Shown here: positions 53,197 to 64,000 of the stretch, piece by piece
How the letters are laid out: each line of letters opens with the position of its first letter
How positions within the stretch are numbered: position 1 is the stretch's first letter
Assembly (NCBI GenBank): GCA_951406725.2
Contig: OX597819.1
Coordinates: forward strand, 133,734,001-133,798,000
DNA length: 64,000 nucleotides
From: Octopus vulgaris
Taxonomy: Eukaryota
Direction of reading: 5' to 3'
Notes under the pieces: model-generated
The model's database searches: none
Seen by the model: the letters and a program-made list of their open reading frames with translations, nothing else
Told to the model about the DNA's origin: nothing
Made by a program: the position numbers and the translations under genes

Positions 53197-55421
53197 ATCG
53201 CAGTGCGTTAATCCATCATTGTTTTTGTCATGCAAGAAAAGATTGATATAACGATTATCTTCACTCGGCATATCCTATCAGATCTTATATTCTGTAGCAA
53301 TATACTTTTCAAACGTGCCTTTATGCGTCACATTTTTTTATACGTGTTGTTACTGAGACGGTGCTGCTCCGAGCGATATACTCGTCTTCAGGTGAAATTC
53401 CCCAGTCAACATATATACCAAACATATATTAATATCTTTATTTCTGTTGGTTCCATTGGTAGGCGATATGTTTTCTTTTCAATGCTCAACTTTAGATTTA
53501 GCTAAATTTAATAAAATATAACAAGAATCGACCTGAAAATTATTTTCTTTTAAATGGAGTCTATTATGCTTTGTTTGCATATTGCTATTATGACTGCATG
53601 CTTCTGAGTGTTGCTCTAATTAAAATCATAAGTGAACTTTGTAAATAATTTACTTGTAGCACAATTTTATCTTATTGTAATTATTTTATATTGTCCCTAT
53701 GTTTGTTTTTTCACCGTTTAAGGATTCCTTAGAGTTTCTCTTTTGAAGGGAAGTGTACATCAGTTTATCCTGTCTGTGAATTATAATTACGTGTGAAAGG
53801 TTAAGGGAAATTCATGGTTGGTAGCAGAGGAAAATAAGTAAAAGCGATAAAGAGCCTGAAATATAACCGGCCCTTGATGTACTGCAAATTGGATCAAATG
53901 CAAGTTTGAGCAGTGAGACAGGAAACTTTCTGTCAATTCATAGATCTCAGTTCAGTATTTAACGTAATATTATCTGCAAAACATTACTCTTGCGGTAATC
54001 TGCAAAACCTTTCGGTATAAACATTGCGTGTGACATGTGACATGGGGTGGTCGCCCTATGAGAGAGAAAGAATCAATGAACAATGTGTTCCAAGAGGTAT
54101 TATGCCGAAAACATATCAGTGAAATTAGGTTAGGATGCATTTGACCATATCCTGGCCAAGGACGGCGACCGGTTAAACAGCAGCAGCAACTACAACGTAG
54201 ACTTACGTTGTGACTTTGGAATGTCAATGTCGAAAAATGTTCCGTTTGGTTAGATTTCACGGAGTAATAAACAGCATAATATACAAAATAATAGTTATTA
54301 GATTATATATTCAATATAGCAGACTTCAGAGAATAATATCCATGCTGCTATCATATGAATCTTATATTCTACATAAGCGGTAAAACATTAAGAAATTAAT
54401 ATTTCTTTATAAGAAATATTCCTCAATAAATTCTCTTCACTCTAAAGAATGCAATTTCATTAAATATGAACGAAGTTCAAATTGGAAATGTAAAGAGTTG
54501 TAATTAGTTCACCAACTCACATCAACATATGCGTCATAAAATAAAACAAATAGCATTACAGCTTTAGATGTCGATGTTAGGCACATGAAAGTGACAAGTT
54601 TCAATAGATCTTAAAGAAAATTTCCCTGGATAATTCTAAAGGCCTTTTTAGATTCTATCGACAACTGAATTTTGCATAGTGATCGAATTTAAGCGTAGTC
54701 AAGGTGATACAGCAAAGACCTGTAAGTTATTTGAATTCTATTTATTAGCTGGCGTTAAATATTATTTCTAAGATCAGGATTAATTATTAAGTTATTAAGG
54801 TGGCTCCGACTTACTTCTTACGCGATTCCTTATATTTATTTCGGAGTAAAATTGTGTTTTATAAGACTTCCAATATGTCGCTATTTTCCCCGAGGCAAAA
54901 CTAAGAAGAAGAAGAAGAAGAAAGTGCAGGTCCTCCTTTTATTCTCTGTGTACTGATTTAGTGATTAACAAGCAATGATAAATGTAATGGCGCCCTTTAT
55001 CTCACTGCAGTGCTGAATTATAATGTTTAAGCAAATCCCCACCGATGAATATAACTCGGTCTCCTATTTGAGGTCACCAAAGCATTTCATTACATATTTC
55101 ATCAGACACTGACAACATACTCTTGTACATAGTGTTGGCAGATGACGGTTGTTTTCGCTGTTTCTCATGTTTACGACATGCAGAACAACAAACGATAAAA
55201 AAAAGTATGAATTTCAGTCGTTTTCTATCATGAAGGCAGGGAATTATTTGATGACGTCATCTTGAACGCTAGAGAAATAATCACAAAAAATTTAATCCGA
55301 AATAAAGAGAGCTATGAATACTTGTTGCTTGCAAGGAGAACACTAAGTCAAAATATAAATTAACACAGATCTTCCTCAAGATTGCAAATCCATTTTTACG
55401 TTTCTCGGTTTTAACATAATA

Positions 55422-56672
55422 TTGGGTCATTCTACAAATAATACGGGTTTTTATACTTCTTTCATTTTTCAAAATTAAGATGAACAAAGTTCTTTTTTTA
55501 ATCTAAAATATACTCTCCTTCATTTTCTCCAATGTTCTACCATCTATCTGGTAGACTTGCAAAACCCCTCTTCAAAATTCACTTGTCTGTGACGAAAAAT
55601 TCTCCTCCAGTATTGTTCTGATCTCATCTACAGAATTCATATTTTTTCCGTCCAAATGATTTTGAAGACTGCGCAATAAATGATAATCTGATGGAGCCAT
55701 GCCCAGTGAATATGGTGGGTTGGGTATCGTTTCCCATTCAAACTGTTCCAGCCTTTGGAATGTCATCCTTGCTGTATCTGGGCAAGCATTATCCTGATGC
55801 TTTCGTCTTGAAACCAAAGGTGGTCGTTTTTCTTCTAGCGCTGACTTAAGCCGCTCAAGCTGCTCGCTGTAAATCTCTCTTTTATTGTTTGGTTTGGGTT
55901 TAAAAGTTCAAAGTGGACTAACCCTTTCATATCACACCAAACAGATAACACCACCTTACATGGGTGAACATCTTCTTTAGCCTGGGGTGCCGGTGTTTCT
56001 CCTTTCTCTACCCACAGTCTTCGGCGCTTGATATTTTTATAGACAATTCATTACTCGTCACCAATCACTATTTGATCAAAAGCAAGTTTCATTCATGAGA
56101 CATGACAGCAAAGAAAAGCACACATTCACTCTCGGTACATGATTAAACTCGGAAAGTTTGTAAGGAACCCACTGACCCAATTTGATGACTTTTCCAATGA
56201 CACGTAGGTGTCGGTGAATGGTTCAATGACCGAATCCAAGCTTCTCTACAAGTTCCTCAGCAGTTACGATGGGATTATATTCCATCAGGTTTCAAAGGGA
56301 ACGTCCTCGTCGAGCTCTACAGTTCTTCCAGGAACCGGATTGTCTTCTAGGCTATAGTTTCTGGCTCGGAAATTCTTCAAGCACTTTTGACACTGGCTCA
56401 CGCTTATTGTCCGATATCCAAATACTGCATTAATATTCTCCGCACTTACCTTTGCGTTGTTACTTTTACTGAAGTCATAAAACAAAATACGCCGAATGTG
56501 CTCCTTTGTCACTTCCATTATAGCTTTGAAAAAATAACTGTTAAAATCGAATTGCACTCTTGAAAACTTGCACTAAGAATAAGGGCAAGGTAAAAGTTAC
56601 TACCTGCTTTTATAGTAAGCTAATGCAGGTAGTTTATCCTGTCCCCTCCGCATTATTTATGGGATGACCCAA
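55422..56672 (-). mobile_element. full-length mariner (DD34D-type), 1251 bp, degenerate
   Basis: Imperfect TIRs TTGGGTCAT..AAATAAT.CGG with TA TSDs. MEVTKEHIRRILFYDF, HQDNACPDTA and PPYSLGMAPSDYHL. Confidence 0.92.
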
Positions 56673-57099
56673 TACATAAATGCATAGTCATACATATAAG
56701 ATAAGAAATATTCAAGATATATATCACGTGTCAATTTGCATTTTGAAATAATCAAACACATATATACATATATATAGGAGTATGCATAATATATATAAAT
56801 ATGTGTGTGTGCGCGCGCGTGTGTATGCGTGCGCGTGCATACAGTTGTACGTGTACACGTATGTACAGAGATATCTCAGCATAGATAGCTATGCTGAGAA
56901 GTTCGTGGATTTCGATAACTTCATGTTCCGTGCAAAGAAACGAAATCTGACGTTTGAAGAAGAATCTCTCGTCTGCAGAGCAACCGTCTTTCATGTGGCG
57001 CCGTTTTGAGATGGTATTGAGATTATATGAGGTCAGAATGCAGATGCGGATGAAGATAAGCAGGATAAGCAAACGGAAGTGATGTTGGTAATGGATGGA

Positions 57100-58100
57100 A
57101 ACAAAAAAAATAAAGCATTTAAAACTCGAAGCTGTGTACAGTGGCGAAAGTATTCGAGAAACCGATTGTATACATGTGCTAGGGTTTGTCTGGAAAGAAA
57201 GAAGTTTATTTTACATGTCTAAGCAGAGGCCGCCGAGAGACGGAGATAAAGTTGAGTAGAGGTGAGTGCTTAAGTGAACGTTGACGTGAAATATTACTGG
57301 TAAGGGGAGGGGAAAGTATTGTTGTGGATCAGCAGCCTTAATGAAAGGGTGAGATGAATATTGAATTTTAAGAATATATTTAAAAATTGTTTTAAGAAAA
57401 AAGGTAATCGTTTATGAAGGGTTCTGTGTGATTCGGTCGGTAGCGTAGAGATATGTCAATGCAGTTAGTCTTTAGAGAAATGTGGAGATTGTGATGTTTC
57501 GAGATTTTAATGTTGACAACCGAGTGGCTACAACTCAAAAGTGTAGTTCCGTATTTGGTCTGAGCGCAGACCGAGAGAGTGTGATGAAGATATTCACGAA
57601 ACGATTACTTAAAGGGCGTATTTCTTTTGCTAAGATTACATGTAATGAAGTAATATGAAAGAGATTTGCTACTAAAGTTATGGGTGAAAAATGCACAGTG
57701 ATTTCGGGTTGGTTATGGGTATGTTCTTTAAAATGAAGTCTCAAGAGAGGAATGTTGAGCGAGAATATTTGAAAGCAAAAGTCTAAATGTGATTGAGACC
57801 AGCAAATCTATGGAAATCAATCGATCATGTTTCTGTCTCTTTGGAAGGAGGGAAGTAAAAACAAAGGAGTAGCAAAATCGGAAATTTTAATGAGAGGATG
57901 ATAAGAAGAGCGAAAGAGTAATGAAGACTGCACATGTGCGCATGCTCTGTTGGAGACTGCTATCATGGCCGATAGGTCTGGCTCAGTGAATTGATGGTAA
58001 CCACAATCGAAGACGCCATCGCCACGGATTGAGAGAAGGGGACAACTTGCTACTCGAAAGATGGAGGCCACGAAAGATAGAAAAATGCCAGCTTCGAGGT
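57100..58100 (-). mobile_element. possible degenerate N-terminal region of a Penelope-like ORF
   Basis: Weak motif SHLDFC...NIP..RLHF and a compositional shift. No catalytic motif seen. Confidence 0.3.
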
Positions 58101-58455
58101 GCTTTTAATTGTCAATTTCCTAATTTCTCAAAAACATCAGAATTCAAATGCACTGATATTAATTTTTCACTACAGTAAGTTATACTCTAACTTCATTGTG
58201 AAATTGTATTTACTATGCTGAACTTGGATAATGTTACAAATTAACACCACTTGACATAAATATGACTTCAAACACAATCAAACAGGAAAACAACCAAAAA
58301 TGAGTTACTATTCCTGTGAAAATAGAGAAAAGCTTTGAAGCAGAGCGAATGATTTACGTATGCGACGTTGGTAAGCTTCTCCAACTTTAATGTTCAATTA
58401 CTGAGTTGATTAGTGAGTAGATTATTTTAGATTAATATTTTACAGCTGTTATTAA

Positions 58456-58612
58456 AGCGGCGAATTAGCAGAATCGTCACCACGGCATTTCTTCCGTCTT
58501 TACGTTCTGAGTTCAAAGTCCGTCGACTTTGCTTTTAATTTTTGCTGGCGTCGATAAAATAAGTACCATGTGAATACTAGGGTCCATGTTATCGACTACC
58601 CCCTCCTCTGAT
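58456..58612 (+). mobile_element. SINE-like family 2, degenerate
   Basis: GGCGAATTAGCAGAATCGT..TTACGTTCTGAGTTCAAA..GTCGATAAAATAAGTACC. Confidence 0.75.
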
Positions 58613-59903
58613 ATAAATGGTATAAGCTTTGCATTTTGCTCAAGGAAGAAATGAACCGGCCAAAATAGATAATGGAAACGTAAGCCCAACCTCATCTCGC
58701 CTGGCATTTACCCCTTGTTCAACAGTGTTATCTTTATTGTCAACATATGAATATGAAAATCAATGATTTAAAAAGCAGATGTGTTTTATTAAATTTCATT
58801 CAGTAACCACATTAATATATGAGTTTCACTGGTTTTTCTATTTTCATTTAGTTTCTTGCAACTTACATGGCAAATCGCAATAAAATATTTGATTTAACAT
58901 CTAATTTCGTTTTATTTTCCTTCTTTTCCTATTTTTACTTAATTTAAAAACACTACCAAGTGAAAATCTGTTTGCATTAGGTTGGAGAATTGAGAAAATT
59001 GTTAATTTAATTTCAATTGTTAGATTTAAATAGCTTAAACATTTTTCAATTTAATCTCAAAATAATAAAGATCTATAAAATAGATTATTTTGAATAATGA
59101 TGATAAATTGATTTTATGATATATATTGATTACTTTCTATAACTTAGATTAAAAGAGAGATATATGCAAACTTATCAATCTAAAGAGAGTCGCAACTGAC
59201 AAATTTATAACGTTTCGAGTGCTAACCTCTGTGTTAAGGGTTCGTTTCACTCTAACATGGCGACGTTGCGTCTTTTCTATTTACCCATAAAATTACTTTA
59301 TCAAACCATCTTCCAGTTACCTGCTCTAAGATTAATAAATATTCAAAAATTGTTTTACTAAAGTTTCATCTTATTTCAATGCGTCACTCTAGAAAATGAA
59401 ACAAATTGTGCTGAAATAACTAAAAATTTGTAGATACGACGAGGAAGCCTGAAAGATTTAGAGATAGTTATAAGTTTTGGGTCGATCGTGGAAATTGTAA
59501 GATATAGCATGATTAAAGAATGTGTGTTACATACACATTGTGCATGAAATAATAATGAATAGGGGAAGAGGTTTGTTTACATTGCATTTGGATTAACTTC
59601 ATCTCTTTCTAACCTTCAGATTCCACCTGCCTTCATAGGGCTGTCCAATGAACTGATATTTAAGTGAAATTTCCCTTCAACCTTTCACACGTCTCACGAT
59701 AAATGTCTACCCTGTAACACTCAGCCAATGCAATAAAAGTCATGCATGACTAAGGCAAATATTTCCATCTCATCACATGTGTTCGGCAGTCTTTAGAAAG
59801 TAGTTTGTGATTCGGGACTCTTGACAAATTTTGCTTTACCTCTGACTTCACTAAATATTTTCAACTACTCCGAATTATATCTTTCTTTCATTTCTTTTTT
59901 TTT

Positions 59904-60298
59904 CTTTTACTTGTTTCAGTCATTTGACTGCGGCCATGCTGGAGCACCGCCTTTAGTCGAGCAAATCGACCCCAGGACTTATTCTTTGTAAGCCTAGTAC
60001 TTATTCTATCCATCTGTTTTGCCAAACCACTACGTTACGGCGACATAAACACACCAGCATCGGTTGTCAAGCGATGTTGGGGGGACAAACATAGACACAC
60101 AATCATACACACACATATATATATACATACATACGACAGGCTTCTTTCAGTTCCCGTCTACCAAATCCACTCACAAGGCTTTGGTCGGCCCGAGGCTATT
60201 GTAGAAGACACTTACCCAAGGTGCCACGCAGTGGGACTGAACCCAGAACCATGTGGTTGGTAAGCAAGCTACATACCACACAGCCACCCCTGCGCCTA
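59904..60298 (-). mobile_element. SINE family 1, full length (~395 bp) with internal microsatellite
   Basis: A-box-like TGGCTGTGTGG, B-box-like GGTTCAGTCCC, central (TA)/(TG) tract and tail GCTCCAGCATGGCCGCAGTCAAATGACTGAAACAAGTAAAAG. At least five partial copies elsewhere in the window. Confidence 0.9.
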
Positions 60299-61024
60299 TA
60301 TATATAAATGGAATCCACTTTCTGTATTCCTTTTTCTCCAAATTTTGTTAAGCATATTCAGCGTCATATCTCATCCTTTTGCCTCGTGGGACCATTCACC
60401 CCCCCCCCCACACACACACACACACATCTACGTCACCCAGTTGTTATATGCGATAGACTGTCTTGTTACTTTGATGATACAGATTTGCTTCCTTTAACGT
60501 AAGTTTTGCCTTTGAACGTATTTTATTGGGGTTTCTCAGTGGCAGACTTCATTCATATCTCGGTGGCCCCTTCTCCTACCACTTATATTAAACCGTCTCC
60601 CAGTCTGGATACACTTCTCACCTGCACACACACACACACACTCATACACACAAGCCCATACAAACACATACACACACAAACACGTAAACACACACATACA
60701 CAACTACACACATACACAACTACTCTCCTGCGCGCTCCGTTTTGCCCCATCAACTTTTTGATGCTACCAAGAAGTGTTCTGACTCTGTCGAATGTATTCT
60801 CAAGTGTACAAGAAACATTGTCTGACCACAGACATCTCGGAATACCCCGGTTTGCAAGCCACAAACCATTCTCTCAAAACCATAATGCTAATCAAAGTTT
60901 AGATGTTTCGGGCGCAGGTCTTTAATCAATGTAATCTGGAACATTACGTTTATCAATTGTATCTGTTTAATATATAACCACTACAAACGTTAATGTTTTG
61001 AAGAAGTCGGTTTGACGAAAAGCA

Positions 61025-61213
61025 GAGGAGGAGGAGGGGAGAAGAGGAAGAAGAAGAAGAGGAAGAAGAAGAAGATGAAGAAGAAGAAGAAGAAGAAGAA
61101 GAAGAAGAAGAAGAAGAAGAAGAAGGAGGAGAAGAAGAAGAAGAAGAAGAAGAAGAAGAAGAAGAAGAAGAAGAAGAAGAAGAAGAAGAAGAAGAAGAAG
61201 AAGAAGAAGAAGA
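61025..61213. repeat. (GAA)n/(GAG)n purine microsatellite
   Basis: Seen directly in the sequence. Confidence 0.97.
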
Positions 61214-64000
61214 ATTGAAGCAGAAAAAATAACAAGAATTATTGAGTGTTTTTTGTTTTATTTTATGGCTACATACGTCTGGAACCATAACTGTGTCCTA
61301 TATGTGAAACTGTTTACAGCGTCTAATGGAAAAATAATCGTCAAATGTTATTAAATATGTCTCCAGAATAATTCTTGCTAATTCTCATTAGTGTCTATTA
61401 ACTTCAATGTCCTCAGACTTACCAAATATATACATGCACTGGAAGATACTTTATTGCGCAATGGAAATTACACTCGAGCTTAATAACATAATTAGAATTA
61501 GTATGGATATTTATTCGAAGCTGACAGAAAGAGAAATTAACGGTGACATTGCTCTCAGGAACCCATTACGGTTCGAAATCAAGAGAAAGAACGAAATGGA
61601 AATTGATAGTTTTTGTTTTTTTTTACTCGCATGGAGGTTTACTTTTCTTATTTTAAAAGATATTTTACAAATTTCCTCTTCGATCTTATTGATTGGCTTA
61701 TTTGATATATTTTCAAATTAAGGTTACATTTTTATAATTAGTTCCATCTGACTTGGATATTCAAAATAATGTAGCCTTAGAGACAATATGCCTGAAATTA
61801 GTTTGGGATGTCCATAACAAGAAATATCTTTCATCAAACAAAACAAAAATAATAACAACCGAATGCAATTAATGAGACCAAAGTTATAGTAAATTTTATT
61901 TAAGATGTTAATTATGTGGTCTACGTTAATAACTATTTGGTTTTAATAATTGTATCTTCATAGTTATGTGTGGACTAACATGATTAATTTAGGAGCAATA
62001 AAATAGGATTTTGATCAATTTAAATCTAAAATAAAAATAAAAAGTAATTGTGGGAATGGCAATTATTTTCGGTGAGGGCAAGGGAGAGAACTTTGAAGTA
62101 TGATTTTATTAAAATCATATGGATTCATGAAATGGAAAGTGAAGTGTATCGGTATTCATGGTAATAACTCTCATCCCAGAAAGTGAAGACTGTTGGCACG
62201 TTTCGAGACTTAATTGTCTTTGGTGTTTAACACATACATACTGCTCCACAGAACAGCTGAATATTTATAAGTACAAACTAGTTGATAGAACGGCTGAGAG
62301 AAAATACTATAGTGTCTGTTTTAGAATTATTTACTAATTAACTTTTAAATAACGACAGAGATGATATTTCCAAAAGATACTTTCAGTGCGTGTCAACTTC
62401 TTTAATCAAATGGAATAAAGAAATATTTTAATCAATTAAATTCAAAACCTAAAGCTTGAATAAAATTTATTAACGTTAATGATAGTTCTTACGCTCACAT
62501 ATGGTTTTGAGGCGTTCCAGACGCCCCTGAGGCAAGAGGTGAACCATTTCTACATTGAGTTCTTACAAGCAAAAGAACGGAAACGTTGGTGAAGATTTGA
62601 ATAACACTGCTTCGACGTTCTCTGAAAACCAATTTATTATTCATCGTTAAAATGAATTATTCGACAGACTACAGAGAAGAGAAAGATGATAATGGTAATT
62701 AGCCAGTTTACACTCTCGTATTTGGAACGGTTCCTTTCTAAGTCAAACTTTGACCTAACTAGAATTTGTCAGTCAATACTCAGAGTGTGATACTACGAAT
62801 CAATTTATTAGTACTAAAGTTGAAATCAAACGACCATGTTAAATATGATTTATATCACTCATTATGATTCACTATGGCTGAGTATGACTCAGAACAAAGT
62901 CTACTGGCATTTTTTAAATGATTATGCAAGCACTTGGAGTAATATACAGAACTAAAAATATGGGAGAAACTAAATTATTCCTCTGACTTTCTCCATTATT
63001 TAGTTTTTAAAGTAAACAATTTCAATAAAATCATTCAAAAAGAATTCAAGATATAATATTTCAGTAAACGCGTTTCTTTAACCAATCGGAAACGAGAAAA
63101 GATAAATGCGAGGAGAATAGAAAAATTCGCTTTATACGAAGCTCTCGAGTCAGGTGATTATTTAAAATACTGTAAGCTCGTTAGAAATTGGGAAGTTTAT
63201 TTCCTTCACTTTTCCGTACTTCTTTATTTTTGTTGACAATCAACGACCACTTCAATCGATCGTCCTAAAAATTTAATTAAAAAAATATAAATATTTTGTG
63301 AATGACGTCGTCTCGCAATGTTCAGATCACATCCTAAAACAGAGAAGAAAAAAGGTAATAATATTGATTAAAATGAATCATTAAAATACCGAAAGAACAA
63401 TTTGGAAAACGATAAGCAAAGAAGAAAAAACAAAAGGGAATTAAATCTGAAAACAACAAAAAACCCTGCATATCAAATCTCTAATTAAAAACACTCACCT
63501 ACACGCAGTTTAAAAAATATGACACCAAATGAAGAAAGAGGAACTGAGAGAATTCAATGAAATCAAGCATTCATGATGTACTGTAGCAAGTTTTCGCAAG
63601 CACCCACACACAGACACACACACACGCTCGTACACGTACGCTCGCACATATATGCATGTATTCGTATATGTTAGTAACGAGTGGGTGACCAACACGGTTG
63701 TTAATACGATAATTATGGTTACACATGAATTCAATCCACGATTGAATAATAGCGTATACACATGCATGAAACCATTGCAGCACTATATTAAAGGCTATGT
63801 GTTTGTGTGAGTGTGTGTACGCGATACGTGTGTGTGTTAGTACTATGTGCATTTATATGTACGTACATGTATGTGTGTACGTGTCTGTATTATATACATA
63901 TTGATCGATTGATTAAAAATATTTGTCCTCTGTGCAAATTGTTGGAGGCATAACTTCCTGTTTATGAATACACGCTCACTCCATACACATACTCACATAC

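Overview
AT-rich, repeat-saturated eukaryotic (animal) DNA with no confidently identifiable host gene. The SINE-like families and extreme microsatellite load suggest a cephalopod such as Octopus, which is inference. The window is almost entirely mobile-element debris. It holds Tc1/mariner lineages (Tc1-like, three mariners, DD37D maT, DD41D rosa, pogo), a deleted Helitron plus a non-autonomous partner, RTE and CR1/L2-like LINEs, two clusters of (TAA)n-associated R4/Dong LINEs, Penelope-like (GIY-YIG) fragments, Gypsy gag and integrase remnants, tRNA-derived SINEs and foldback repeats. Most ORFs in the supplied track are microsatellite artefacts. The most interesting signal is non-coding. At least two type-I hammerhead ribozymes have intact core motifs (38551-38615 +, 26792-26879 -) and several more are decayed, each in a different small element next to a microsatellite. 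The best case is a 364-nt, highly self-complementary, hammerhead-capped monomer at 33855-34339. It is integrated as a circularly permuted 1.33-mer inside a (TAA)n array of R4/Dong LINEs. This is the footprint expected from rolling-circle reverse transcription of a retrozyme-like circular RNA, possibly by the R4/Dong enzyme. All folds were read by eye and none was computed.
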